Source of the DNA: a virus
DNA: 64,000 nt
Direction: 5' to 3' (one strand)
Virus record (IMG/VR): IMGVR_UViG_3300042090_002370
Location: 99,860-163,859 of that record
Shown: positions 45,297 through 55,521 of the stretch, in pieces
How the letters are laid out: every line of letters starts with the position of its first letter
Position numbering within the stretch: the stretch's first letter is position 1
The notes under the pieces: generated by a model
Seen by the model: only the letters and a program-made list of their open reading frames with translations
Told to the model about the DNA's origin: nothing
Database searches by the model: none
Position numbers and translations under genes: made by a program

Positions 45297-48200
45297 ATGC
45301 CTCTATCGTCGCAAGAGATCGCGGCCATGAACGGCGCCTGGCAGCAGCAGGCCATGAGCCAGGCCGCGTACGCCCAGCAGATGGGCCAAGGGCCGGGCAT
45401 CTACGGTGGTGGTGTAGCTGAACACAGTGACCGAATGGCGGCTGGTATGATGAGCCGCGGTGCTGCTGTAGGAGCCCCGCTAATGATGGGGGCTGCGGGT
45501 TTGATGGGGATGGACCCGCTCTCCCTGGGGCTCAAGGGGGGCATAGCCGGATACGGCGTGGGTGGGCTAGGTGGGGCGGCCATGCTGGGCGGCGGGGCCA
45601 TGCTGGGCGGGATGGCGGCCTTCGGTGCCGCTAAGTACATAGGCGATCAGATGATGCAGGGCGCAGGTCAGCAGATGGACTTGAACGCCACGCTCCGCAG
45701 CTCCTACAACTTCAGGAACCAGCAGGGTGGGTCCGGCTTCCAGCGCAACGAGATGTCTCAGATCGGAACGATGGTACGGGACATGAGTGGGCAGTTCGGG
45801 CCCGGTGGTGAGATCGTCGGATTCCGAGAGCTCACCCAGCTTGCAGGTAAGATGAACACGATGGGCCTCGCCCAGGGTGTGAAGGACGTCAAGGACTTCG
45901 CTGAGCGCTTCAAGCATATGGTCACCAGCCTGAAGACCATGGCGACAGATCTCGGCACCACGCTAGAAGGGGCGATGGAGTTCGCTGCCGCGGCTAAGAG
46001 CTCGGGCGTTTTTGGGATGAAGAACGCAGCGTCTTTTGCACACGCTGTACGGCAGACGGCGGTTTCTGGTGGGCTTGCGGTGAGCGATGTCATGGGGGCA
46101 GCGAGTATAGGCTCCCAGATCACTCGCGCGATGGGAGGTCTTGGCAGGCAGGGCGCAAATGCTGGGATGAAGACCGTAGGCCAGATCGGCACCGCCGTGC
46201 AGATGGGTGTCCTAAACGAGGAGGACATCTACAACGTGACCGGGCTGACTGGGGCAGAGGGGCGTCAGGCCTACGCCACAAGTCAGATGCAGAAGACCGC
46301 GAGCTTCCTACAGAGCGGCCGCGGCCGGCGTGTGATTGCCTCCATGGCTGGCAAGGATGGCACCCTTGACGAGAACTCGGTCCAGGAGTTCCTCGCGGGG
46401 GGGATGAGTATCCAGGAGACAATGCGTCTGGACAACAAGATGAAGTCGACCGTCGGCCGAGCGAACTTCATCCGCAACGAGGGGCGCCTGCGCGGCGCGG
46501 TGATGGAGCGACTGGGCGCCTTCCTACCTGGCATTCAGATGCAGCAGTGGGCCGCATCCAAGGGTATCGATATCAACGATATGGATGATCGCTCGATGCT
46601 CTTCGCGCAGCGTCAGCTCGGTATGGGGCGTGATGAGGTTGACCAGGCCATCAAGATGGCCAACGCGATGCCTCGTATCATGGAGGAGCAACGTCGTGGG
46701 GGTGAGCGCGACAAGGTCGAGATGCAGAACGCCCAGATGATGAAGGGCAAGGGACTAGAGGGTGTAAAGCAGCGTTACGAGCAGGCCAAGCACGAGATCA
46801 ACAGTAAAATGCAGAAGGGTGGACAGGATCTCATCAACGCTCACTCTGAATGGGTCGAGGGCTTCATGAACCGCCTCATCGACAACTACACCCAGACCGC
46901 CAACGCCGACATCGACAACGCCTTCCAGGACATGATGGGTGGCGGGGCCATCGGCAAGGGCGCCGCTGCCAAGGTCTTCGGCATCGGCGGGCCGAAGGGC
47001 TTCACGCGTGGGGCCATGGCCGGGCTGGGCGGCTTCCAGGGCCGCAGTCTACAAGAGCGGATGACTAAGGGCACCGAGGGTGGGGCGATGGAGAGCTTGA
47101 AGAACACTCTCTTTGGGTCGCCCGAAGAGCTCATGCAGAAGGGCGGAATCGGGGAGTTCATCATGCACGGTCAGTCTGGGGTGGGGAAGATGGCCGAGGC
47201 TGGCTTCAACATGCGCGGCATGTCCTCCGAGCAGATGTCGGCCAAGCTCGCCGACATCGGCAAGCTCCAGGGCATCGCCAGCCAGGCCGCAGCGAAAGGA
47301 CAGAACTTGGGCTCGGACTCGGACAGCGACTGGATTCGCTTCTCCTACGCGATGCACAAGATGCCCAAGGGCGGCGATGACCGCGTCGAGGCCTTCGGCA
47401 AGTCCCTTGCGACCAACAATCCCGAGGAGGCCAAGAAGTGGAGCGCGATGTCGCAAGCCGACAAGGTTGCGTACATGGCGACGAAGGAGGCCCGTGCAGG
47501 CATTACCGGTGGCGGCGCGCTGGCCGGTCGCTACGGTGTGCCGGAAGGTATGGAGGCCACTATCCGAGACCTCCACGGCAAGGGCTTCGCGACTGGAGCT
47601 GAGGAGAACGTCGCTTATGCGAAGGCCTTCGGTTACGAGAGCGGTACTGGGTATGAGAACCAGGCCAACTTGTTTGGTCTCGACAAGGCCTACGCCAACA
47701 TCGTCCACGACAACGCGGCCACTCGCTTCGAAGAGAAGGGCGCATACCTCAAGAGCAAGGACTTCCGCGATCTCGCGCAGAAGATCTTCTCCGACGACAC
47801 CAGCGTAGCCGAGAAGGCCCAGGGCGAGCTCGCGGAGCGCCTTGGTAGCATCGACGACAAGGATCTCACCAGCGTACAGAAGGACACGCTGGCTGCCTCC
47901 AGGTATGACAGGCTCAAGCGAACAGGCGCGAGCCAGTCTGACCTGGACAAGGTAGTCAAAGAGAGCGGCATGTCTATCGAGGAACTCGAGAAGATGTCCT
48001 CTGGCGCGCGCGCTATCGTAGGCGACACCTGGGCCAAGAACGTATCGGCTATTGCTACGCGTGAAGGTGTTGCCGGACGGGCTGAGCTGAAGACCCGTGG
48101 GCGTATGGGCATCTTTGACGGAGGCACGTTGACCTCGGCGACCCATGACGAACTAATGAAGGGTGGAGGCGCGTCAGGCGTCGGCATGGCGATGAGCGGC

Positions 48201-48896
48201 GAGCGGATGGCCCAGCTCCAGGCCAGCTTGCAGGGCGGCACTTCGAATGCAGAAGCCGACGCGGCCACCATGCAGAAGATGATGCAGGAGTCCGAGACGC
48301 AGAAGGCACTGATGCACAACATGACCGTGCCTCAGATGCGGGCAGCTGCGGCCGCACTCGCGGGCACGCCTGAGGGGAGCGTCTTGAGCAGAGAGGCGGG
48401 GATGGAGGGCAAGGTCGCCGCCGGTTTCAAGCGAGGGCCGAAGGGGGCGCAGAGGACATTGTCCGGCATTCTAGGAGTTGATGTGAAGGGGGACCTCAGC
48501 ACGCGCGAGGCCTCAGACAAGTGGGCGGAGCAGGCCATTCAGCAGCTGGGGGTCAAGGACGACGGCACCATTCAGATGATCCATCAGGCCGCGAGCGCCG
48601 CACGGCGCGGCGATGTCAAATGGGCTGCTGAGAGTCTCCGCGGTGTCACCGAGAGCTCCGGGTTTGCTGACGCCAAGAAGGCAAAGAGTATGGAGGATGC
48701 AGAGAACAGGGACCCTCTGCAGGCAGCCATCAAGAAGAACACCGAGGACATGGCAATGCACCTCGGCAACCTGGTCAACGGACAGAAGCGACTCAATGTC
48801 TACGTCGAGAACGCCAAGGACATTGGACCGCAGCCGGATCCAGAAGGCGGCAAGCCAGGCAGCACGGACAATAACGCCAACAAGTCGGGGAAGTAG
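45297..48896 (+). CDS. Tape measure protein
   Basis: 1199 aa helical Ala/Gly/Met/Gln-rich, Gly-rich hydrophobic stretch, precedes baseplate-like genes. Confidence 0.7.
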   Translation: MPLSSQEIAAMNGAWQQQAMSQAAYAQQMGQGPGIYGGGVAEHSDRMAAGMMSRGAAVGAPLMMGAAGLMGMDPLSLGLKGGIAGYGVGGLGGAAMLGGGAMLGGMAAFGAAKYIGDQMMQGAGQQMDLNATLRSSYNFRNQQGGSGFQRNEMSQIGTMVRDMSGQFGPGGEIVGFRELTQLAGKMNTMGLAQGVKDVKDFAERFKHMVTSLKTMATDLGTTLEGAMEFAAAAKSSGVFGMKNAASFAHAVRQTAVSGGLAVSDVMGAASIGSQITRAMGGLGRQGANAGMKTVGQIGTAVQMGVLNEEDIYNVTGLTGAEGRQAYATSQMQKTASFLQSGRGRRVIASMAGKDGTLDENSVQEFLAGGMSIQETMRLDNKMKSTVGRANFIRNEGRLRGAVMERLGAFLPGIQMQQWAASKGIDINDMDDRSMLFAQRQLGMGRDEVDQAIKMANAMPRIMEEQRRGGERDKVEMQNAQMMKGKGLEGVKQRYEQAKHEINSKMQKGGQDLINAHSEWVEGFMNRLIDNYTQTANADIDNAFQDMMGGGAIGKGAAAKVFGIGGPKGFTRGAMAGLGGFQGRSLQERMTKGTEGGAMESLKNTLFGSPEELMQKGGIGEFIMHGQSGVGKMAEAGFNMRGMSSEQMSAKLADIGKLQGIASQAAAKGQNLGSDSDSDWIRFSYAMHKMPKGGDDRVEAFGKSLATNNPEEAKKWSAMSQADKVAYMATKEARAGITGGGALAGRYGVPEGMEATIRDLHGKGFATGAEENVAYAKAFGYESGTGYENQANLFGLDKAYANIVHDNAATRFEEKGAYLKSKDFRDLAQKIFSDDTSVAEKAQGELAERLGSIDDKDLTSVQKDTLAASRYDRLKRTGASQSDLDKVVKESGMSIEELEKMSSGARAIVGDTWAKNVSAIATREGVAGRAELKTRGRMGIFDGGTLTSATHDELMKGGGASGVGMAMSGERMAQLQASLQGGTSNAEADAATMQKMMQESETQKALMHNMTVPQMRAAAAALAGTPEGSVLSREAGMEGKVAAGFKRGPKGAQRTLSGILGVDVKGDLSTREASDKWAEQAIQQLGVKDDGTIQMIHQAASAARRGDVKWAAESLRGVTESSGFADAKKAKSMEDAENRDPLQAAIKKNTEDMAMHLGNLVNGQKRLNVYVENAKDIGPQPDPEGGKPGSTDNNANKSGK

Positions 48897-48899
48897 GCC

Positions 48900-49166
48900 A
48901 TGCCCAAGTCGCTACTGTTCACTGACGCCGTGCCATTCGGGGTTCCGCCTGGCTGTGGCCCGTGTCGACAAGAGGTCGCGGTCACCATCCGCAAGAACGG
49001 TAGGCTCTACACTCTGAAGATGCGCGACAAGATCGTCATCGAGGACCCCTATCTGGTTCTCGTGAAGGCGGAGGCTTTTGCCCTAGGACAGGGAGAGCCC
49101 TACGCTGGTATCGTTCCGCCGCGCTCCCTTCGCGACTTCCTCATCAAGAACAACCTGGGCACATAG
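48900..49166 (+). CDS. Small tail-associated hypothetical protein
   Basis: CGPC motif; between tape measure and baseplate genes. Confidence 0.6.
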   Translation: MPKSLLFTDAVPFGVPPGCGPCRQEVAVTIRKNGRLYTLKMRDKIVIEDPYLVLVKAEAFALGQGEPYAGIVPPRSLRDFLIKNNLGT

Positions 49167-49174
49167 AGGTACTT

Positions 49175-50977
49175 GTGGCCGTCTACATCGAGCTCACTAC
49201 CGACGCCTTCGCCAACGTCTTCACGCGGCAGCAAGGCCAGGTCACGCCGCAGGGTCGGGCGGGTATCAGCAATGCCCGTCGTCCGCTGCGAGGGCTCGAG
49301 ATCAAGGACGACACCTACGCCATATTCAAGGTGGTGACTTCCAACGGTAATGAGCTCAACCTCATTGACAGCGGCGCTGTTGGCGGACTCAAAACCCAGA
49401 ACTCGAACTTCATCCTGCAGTCTGTTACTGAAGCGCGGATGGAGAAGCACCAGATCGTCGAGACTTTCGGCGAGTCCTATATCTTCTTCTTTGGAGAGAG
49501 CCCGCGCTTTTTGGACGTGACCGCCATCCTTGTCGATTCCTTCGACTTCAACTGGTATGCGGAATTCTGGCAGAACTACGACTTGTACTTGCGCGGTTCG
49601 AAGAGCGTAGAGAGGGGCGCTCGGACCTACCTCTTCTACGACGACAACATCGTCGAGGGATACATGCTGATGGCGCAGGCCACCAAGATGAGCGAGGCGC
49701 CGCTGCAGGCGAAGCTTACCTTCCGCCTCTTCCTCACGAACTACTCAAACATTAGCTTCATCGGGAGTGACACCTACCCAGTGCGCGCCAGTGTCACTAT
49801 CCCACCCGACGTAACGTCGACCGCAGCGGACGCATACGACTCTCCTTACGGTCAAGGTATCGGATCCGGTCTTGGTCTAGGTATCGGCATCGGCCCTGGT
49901 GGTGTACTGGGCTCGAGTCTGCAGTCTGGGCTACAGATCCAGGCTGGCATCGGCGCCTCCCTCCAGGACGGCTTCGGTGGAACCTCCCTCCTCACCGCGG
50001 CGCTTACTGCCGGCGTCCAGCCTACGGGGAACGTGGCTCTCTACGAGGCTGAGCAAAGCGCGTCGTTTAGGAACACCGGCACAGCGTTTGTGATACCACC
50101 AGAGCTCCTCGGCCTATCGCAAGAACAGGCCTTCGACGCCATTGCCGCCGGCGTACAGGAGAGCCTTGAGCCGACGACCTCACCGTTGCCGGCTGTCCCT
50201 AGAACACTACCTATACGCAGCCTCATTTCAGATAACACTGATGAGTTCACAGGGATGACGCCGCCGGCACCTGGGGCGGATGACCCTTCGACATCGGAGG
50301 CGCCGGACCTCTCGACGACGGCTATCCAACAGGTGGGCCTGTACGGTGGTAGCATCAATGACCCATCTACCTTCGGGGCACTGGGGATGGGCGCGAACTT
50401 CGGGGTTGGCGTGGGGGTTGGCATAGGCATCGGCACGGGCGGTGGAGCGTATGTGGGGGCGAGTTTCGGTGTCGCAGCCGGCGTTGGTCTGAGCAACACT
50501 TACGGCGGGATCAACGGAGGCCTGGGGTTCATAGGAGGCTCTGGTATTGGCGCATCGGCGAGCCTCAGCATCCAGCCGAATCCGCTTATCAACACTCAGT
50601 TTGCAGCGGTGGGCACTACCATCGGTACACCAGCCTACGGCAACGGGGTGCAGATTTCTGGTGGTGTCATCGCCGGCACAGGGGTTGGCGGCGGCATACC
50701 GGGTGGCATCACCACAGGTGACGGCCCACTCACCCCCGGTACCTTGCTTCAGTTCACAGGAGCCACCACCTTTCAGCCGCAGCAAGCCACAGCCCAGGGC
50801 TACGGTGCCAACATCTCGGGTCAGGGCGCATCCATCAACGTGGGTGGTACACCCAGCGCCTTCGCCATGGTGGTAAGCGTCGGAACATTGGCGACCGAGC
50901 CTGATGACGAGATCAACCTCTTCACCGGACTCGAGGGTTCCTCCAGCGACACGAACGTCACGGGGCTCAACATCTAA
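49175..50977 (+). CDS. Putative tail tube initiator/baseplate protein with Gly-rich extension
   Basis: FILQSVTEARMEKHQIVETFGESYIFFFGESP tube-like N-domain, then about 400 aa Gly/Thr/Ser low complexity. Confidence 0.55.
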   Translation: MAVYIELTTDAFANVFTRQQGQVTPQGRAGISNARRPLRGLEIKDDTYAIFKVVTSNGNELNLIDSGAVGGLKTQNSNFILQSVTEARMEKHQIVETFGESYIFFFGESPRFLDVTAILVDSFDFNWYAEFWQNYDLYLRGSKSVERGARTYLFYDDNIVEGYMLMAQATKMSEAPLQAKLTFRLFLTNYSNISFIGSDTYPVRASVTIPPDVTSTAADAYDSPYGQGIGSGLGLGIGIGPGGVLGSSLQSGLQIQAGIGASLQDGFGGTSLLTAALTAGVQPTGNVALYEAEQSASFRNTGTAFVIPPELLGLSQEQAFDAIAAGVQESLEPTTSPLPAVPRTLPIRSLISDNTDEFTGMTPPAPGADDPSTSEAPDLSTTAIQQVGLYGGSINDPSTFGALGMGANFGVGVGVGIGIGTGGGAYVGASFGVAAGVGLSNTYGGINGGLGFIGGSGIGASASLSIQPNPLINTQFAAVGTTIGTPAYGNGVQISGGVIAGTGVGGGIPGGITTGDGPLTPGTLLQFTGATTFQPQQATAQGYGANISGQGASINVGGTPSAFAMVVSVGTLATEPDDEINLFTGLEGSSSDTNVTGLNI

Positions 50978-53900
50978 TGTCTGCTGTCGGTCAGCGCATG
51001 AAACTGCGCCTATTCCTCGAAGGCGTAGAAGTACCAGTAATCTCAGCCACTGTGCAGGTCGTGCCGAACGCGCCGGCGGCATGCAGCATCCAGATTCCAC
51101 CGCTGGCCGAGGCGACGAGCTTCTTTTCGCGTACGCTAGTTCACCTCTTCTTCTTGGACCCCAATGAGGTCTCGTCACCCTTCGCCAGCCCTTCCCCGAT
51201 GGGCACAGCCATCACGAACACCAGTCAGAGCCCGAACCAGTACGAGATTGACCAGTTCAACAACGTCAGTCAGACCTCGCAGCAGGACATCACGAATAGC
51301 AGCTACAAGATGTTCTTCGGTGGGGAGGTGGTGGGGTTTCAATGGACGAAGAATCAGGCGCAGCGGTCACTTGTTCTACAGTGTCTCGACTGGTCCAACT
51401 ATTGGGACTACGCCTACCAGTGGAACAACACCGACCTCTTCGGCCCTGGTCTCAAGGCTATGTTTGCTGGTGGCTCGACCAATCTCTTCACAGACTTTCT
51501 CGAGGACGAGGGCTCGGCCATCATCCGTATCATTCAGACGCCAAGCATCTCGTATCCCAATCTCAAGGGGTTGCTCGGCGGCATCGTACACCTGCTCGAG
51601 GCGGTGGGCGGGAGCTACTACTACAAGACGCAAGTCGCTGGGGAGAATATCTTCTTCACCATCGCCGAGCTCCGTCTGCACATCACGCAGATGATCACGG
51701 CGTACCAGAACGACCCGACCGCCAGCCAGCTACTTGCCGCCGGCTACGACTCGCTATTCGGGCGCATGTTAGGCGGGCTAGGGCAACAGGTCTCCATCAG
51801 GCAAGCGATCAATGCGCTCATGAGCGCCATCTTCCACGAGACCTACGCCATCACTAGTCCGATGTACGTACCGGGCTCGGGCAACACGCCGAGCGGGCAG
51901 TCCACCACAAGCGTGCGGCAGGACCCGGCCAACGCCTTCATCGCAACCACGGCCGACAATCTCCTGCAGGGTATCCAGGCCGTGCAGGGGCAGCTCACAG
52001 CGTCGCCGACTGGAGTGGCAGGCTCGAGCGCCTCGGCTGCGGCCTCTCTGATTGCCTCCATCCAGCAGATGGTGGCGACCTGCAACCAGACGGCAAACGC
52101 CATTACGGCGCCGGCGGTGCTGGGCGCAAAGGCGTACTACGCCAGTGCCGCGGTGTCCCTGCAGCAGGCACAGTCGGCCGCGCAGCAGTGGGTGCCAGGC
52201 TCGAACTCCAGTATCATCAGCAAGATCAACACGTCCCTCACAACGGCAATGACATCATTGCAGAGCGCTGCGAACTTCAACGAGACGACGCCTACCAATC
52301 AGCCGGTGGCCGCTAGACTGAACAGCCAGATCTTCCGGCCCGATGTCTGGTTCAGCGCCCCTCCATGCTGCAATGTCATCTTCCCAGAGCACTACCACGC
52401 ACTCAATTACACCCGTAAGTTCCTCGAGGAGCCAACGCGGCTCTTGCTAAAGACCAATGATGAGTTCTTCGGCGAGGACGAGCTCTTCGACAGCTTCTAC
52501 TTTGCCCCCAAGGGCATCACGGTGAAGACGGGCGGCAAGGACCTCGCAGCCATCCTCTCGAACGATCTGCTAGACCACGAACTCTTCTCCGGCATCCTGC
52601 CCGTCTTCGAGAAGATGGGGGAGCTCAACATCTTCGCGGCCGAGTCTGGCACGGTACAGGGCCCGCTGGCCAAGGTGGGGCCCGCGCAGCGCTCGACGAA
52701 CTTCCTCTACTTCAAGTATCGCTTCGCGGCGCGACAGCTGCAAATCAACGGCAAGTTCAACCCATGGCTGGCACCCGGCTTCCCTGCCTTCATCATCGAC
52801 AAGTACGTCGATGCCAATACCATCGCCCTTCGACAGCAGCTCATTCAACAGAACAGCGGCGTCATCACGAACGACATCAACAATCTGCTCGGTGCGCACT
52901 TCCTCGCTAACCTCACCGAGGTCGAGCACACGCTCAGTCAGTCATCCGGGCAGACAAACCTCAACTGCTCTTATGCACGGCAGCCGTGGGAGAGCGTAGA
53001 GTTCCTGGGAACTGCTCGGGCCACACAGCCTGTTATGGTGCCGACTGGCACTGCTGGCCGTACAACAGTGGTCGCGGCAATTGGCCCTCCTCAGCCCAAT
53101 GCGCTTGGCCCTAATGGCGGCATCATCACGGCGGTACAGGATGTGACGCAGGCATACACCGGGGCCTACAACGGGACCAACTTCTCAGGGACCGCCCTGC
53201 CCTGGTACCAAGCAGCATCTCCTGGAACTGCGGGGCCCAGCGTGGTCACAGGCGTGACGGCGCCGGCGAGTGCTTATCCTGCAGCCATACTCACACCACT
53301 CGGCGTCACCACGACGCAGGCTGCGGGCACGCTAGTCATGTTCCGTGCTTACAGTGTGACTGAGACTGTGACAAGCTATACCACTACGCCGGCGGACATG
53401 CCGATGGAGGAGTACATTCGGCCGGGCTGGTACGGTTCAGTCTGGCAGTCTGGCAATATCGGACAGGCCTACCAGCAATTCTTCGGCACCGGCGCGATCA
53501 CCGACCAGTCGACCATCAACGCGGGGAACACAAGCGCGACCAACCCCAATACCATGGGGCAGCTGAAGGCCTCGCAGACCGTCAGCACGGCCACCGATGC
53601 CGACGACCCGGCTGGACAGGCGCTTGGGGTACTGCAGCTACAACAAGGCTCGAGTGTTGAGCAAGCATGCGCATTTCTAGTGCAGCTCTACTCCACTGCG
53701 CGGCAGGCCAACGTTGATATCGAAGCGTTGATTTCATCGTACACGAATCGGCCAATCGCTAGCCTTGTGGACCTTTTTGGGTCGTCCAACTTGACATTGT
53801 CGACAGATGGAACAAGCGTTGTACAAGGGGTCGAGGGTTTCCACTCACGCGCCTTTGGGAACTTTTCCGATCTATTCGGATTAGCGACACCAGCTATCTC

Positions 53901-54024
53901 ATCGATTGTTGGTATACAAAGGGGATCTGCTGCGGCGCAGAGAGCGGATACACGTGGAAGGAAGCAGGCAGCGGTGCAGGCCTACGTTCAAGCTCTACAA
54001 TTTTCTAGGGCCGTGCTTGGGTAA
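50977..54024 (+). CDS. Putative baseplate hub protein
   Basis: LRLFLEGVEVPV..LQCLDWS..FNP.LAPGFP; 1015 aa; TAATG-coupled. Confidence 0.55.
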   Translation: MSAVGQRMKLRLFLEGVEVPVISATVQVVPNAPAACSIQIPPLAEATSFFSRTLVHLFFLDPNEVSSPFASPSPMGTAITNTSQSPNQYEIDQFNNVSQTSQQDITNSSYKMFFGGEVVGFQWTKNQAQRSLVLQCLDWSNYWDYAYQWNNTDLFGPGLKAMFAGGSTNLFTDFLEDEGSAIIRIIQTPSISYPNLKGLLGGIVHLLEAVGGSYYYKTQVAGENIFFTIAELRLHITQMITAYQNDPTASQLLAAGYDSLFGRMLGGLGQQVSIRQAINALMSAIFHETYAITSPMYVPGSGNTPSGQSTTSVRQDPANAFIATTADNLLQGIQAVQGQLTASPTGVAGSSASAAASLIASIQQMVATCNQTANAITAPAVLGAKAYYASAAVSLQQAQSAAQQWVPGSNSSIISKINTSLTTAMTSLQSAANFNETTPTNQPVAARLNSQIFRPDVWFSAPPCCNVIFPEHYHALNYTRKFLEEPTRLLLKTNDEFFGEDELFDSFYFAPKGITVKTGGKDLAAILSNDLLDHELFSGILPVFEKMGELNIFAAESGTVQGPLAKVGPAQRSTNFLYFKYRFAARQLQINGKFNPWLAPGFPAFIIDKYVDANTIALRQQLIQQNSGVITNDINNLLGAHFLANLTEVEHTLSQSSGQTNLNCSYARQPWESVEFLGTARATQPVMVPTGTAGRTTVVAAIGPPQPNALGPNGGIITAVQDVTQAYTGAYNGTNFSGTALPWYQAASPGTAGPSVVTGVTAPASAYPAAILTPLGVTTTQAAGTLVMFRAYSVTETVTSYTTTPADMPMEEYIRPGWYGSVWQSGNIGQAYQQFFGTGAITDQSTINAGNTSATNPNTMGQLKASQTVSTATDADDPAGQALGVLQLQQGSSVEQACAFLVQLYSTARQANVDIEALISSYTNRPIASLVDLFGSSNLTLSTDGTSVVQGVEGFHSRAFGNFSDLFGLATPAISSIVGIQRGSAAAQRADTRGRKQAAVQAYVQALQFSRAVLG

Positions 54025-54092
54025 GATTATTTCTCTTTATGCGTTCCGAGCTAGCCTCCCCTTCTTCCACCTTGGGCTGATAACCTGTAGGC

Positions 54093-54725
54093 GTGGACCT
54101 CAAACCAGTCACGCTTGCTGCGTTCGCTGATGAGCTCGGCAAGATAGCCGCGGCGCATGGCCTCAATGTCATCAGCAAGAGTCGTAAGGGCAGCCGGCCG
54201 ATTAGCGTCTCCAAGCTGCTTCAGAAGGATCGAGAGGGGACTCTACGGAAAAGGAAGCACGCCGATGCACAGGGCAACGCTCAGGACGTTCGCGGCGATG
54301 CGTGTGACGACCCGGGTGCTGCGCAGATCCCGCACCGCAAGGGCGAGGTTCCAACAAAGGGCTCGGACGACATTTCGGTAGGGCAGAAGACGGGGATGGT
54401 TCCAGGCGCTAATACGCAGACCTCTGCTGTCACTTCCGGTGAGGACACACGCATGACGCCGAGTGTGCGACCTTCTCCTGGTGATGTACCAACCCAGGCG
54501 AACATGGCCGTCGACCAGCCGAACAACCGTATAGGGCCTCCTACTCGTGGCATCACCTTCGATCAGGCGGCCAAGAAGGTTCGAAGTGGCGATGTTCCGA
54601 CGCGCACCGAGGACATGAACAAGGTGGACCGCGGGGATATGCGGGACAATACAACAACGGTGTCTGGCCTGGGACAGAGCTCAACTGGCATCGGCGCTTT
54701 TAACAGCCCGAGCGAACACACGTAA
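54093..54725 (+). CDS. FxDELxKIA-tagged protein with G[DE]VPT repeats
   Basis: LAAFADELGKIAA; GEVPT, GDVPT, GDVPT. Confidence 0.65.
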   Translation: MDLKPVTLAAFADELGKIAAAHGLNVISKSRKGSRPISVSKLLQKDREGTLRKRKHADAQGNAQDVRGDACDDPGAAQIPHRKGEVPTKGSDDISVGQKTGMVPGANTQTSAVTSGEDTRMTPSVRPSPGDVPTQANMAVDQPNNRIGPPTRGITFDQAAKKVRSGDVPTRTEDMNKVDRGDMRDNTTTVSGLGQSSTGIGAFNSPSEHT

Positions 54726-54750
54726 ATTACTGCGCGCCTCCGGGTATAAG
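54723..54750 (+). promoter_or_regulatory. Phage promoter TAAA-N16-GGTATAAG
   Basis: Motif variant before GGAGG and ATG 54767. Confidence 0.65.
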
Positions 54751-54766
54751 AACCTCGGAGGTTATC

Positions 54767-55174
54767 ATGTCTACAATTGATCTCAATTCATTGACGTTGG
54801 GGCAGCTGAAGGAAATCAAGGCACTGCTTGGCGTGCGGTCTTGTAAGGTCAAGGCTAAGCCAGCAAGCGGGTTCTGGACGGAGTCTTTCGAGGAGGAGGG
54901 CCCGGTCATCGTACGGAGTTACGGTGCCGGCGTTTTCTTCGGGTACCTATCCAAGAAGCGCGACAACGAAGTTCTACTTCTTCGGTGCAGGCGAATCTGG
55001 GTGTGGAAAGGCGCGAACACTTTGAGCGAGCTGGCGCGTCATGGCCTATTGCCGGAGGGGTCGAGAGTCTCAGAGCGCACTGCTAAGCATCGTGTGTTGG
55101 ACGTAATTGAGATTATCGACGTCACGCATGAAGCCATGAGGGTTTTGGAGTCCGCCGTGTGGAGCACAAAATGA
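54767..55174 (+). CDS. DUF6948-like small beta protein
   Basis: LTLGQLKEI; VIVRSYGAGVFFG..V.L..RRIW.W.GA.TLSELA..G. Confidence 0.7.
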   Translation: MSTIDLNSLTLGQLKEIKALLGVRSCKVKAKPASGFWTESFEEEGPVIVRSYGAGVFFGYLSKKRDNEVLLLRCRRIWVWKGANTLSELARHGLLPEGSRVSERTAKHRVLDVIEIIDVTHEAMRVLESAVWSTK

Positions 55175-55428
55175 AACGCGGTCGCCGTGTTTTCGGATAC
55201 GGATACGGATACGGAGACGGAGGCGGATACGGAAGCGGAGACGGAAGCGGATACGGATACGGAAGCGGAAGCGGAAGCGGATACGGAGACGGAGGCGGAA
55301 GCGGAGGCGGAAGCGGAGGCGGAGACGGAGGCGGAGACGGAGGCGGAGGCGGATACGGATACGGAAGCGGAAGCGGAAGCGGATACGGAGACGGAAGCGG
55401 AGGCGGAAGCGGAGGCGGAAGCGCGTAA
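55171..55428 (+). CDS. Gly-X dipeptide repeat protein (X = Y/D/S/G)
   Basis: ATGA overlap with the upstream stop; MKRGRRVF then (GX)38. Confidence 0.6.
   Translation: MKRGRRVFGYGYGYGDGGGYGSGDGSGYGYGSGSGSGYGDGGGSGGGSGGGDGGGDGGGGGYGYGSGSGSGYGDGSGGGSGGGSA
55195..55422 (+). repeat. 38 tandem GGANNC hexamers
   Basis: Only GGATAC, GGAGAC, GGAAGC, GGAGGC units. Confidence 0.95.
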
Positions 55429-55430
55429 CT

Positions 55431-55467
55431 AAAAAAGGAGGGCCGCGGCCCTCCTTTTTTTAGCCGC
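55431..55467. terminator. Bidirectional terminator plus TAGCCGC
   Basis: AAAAAAGGAGGGCC/GGCCCTCCTTTTTT. Confidence 0.85.
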
Positions 55468-55521
55468 GCAGCATCTGTAGCGCGCTTCCGAGGGCAAGCA
55501 CCCAGATGGTACGCTGCGTAT

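Noticed and set aside
55195-55422. CRISPR array or telomere-like repeat
   Set aside because: Units are 6 nt with no unique spacers and lie in a translationally coupled ORF; no cas genes seen
55187-55432. Alternative acidic frame (DTEAEAE...) and the antisense Pro-rich ORF
   Set aside because: Open only because the repeat lacks stops; the Gly frame has the ATGA coupling. Not fully excluded
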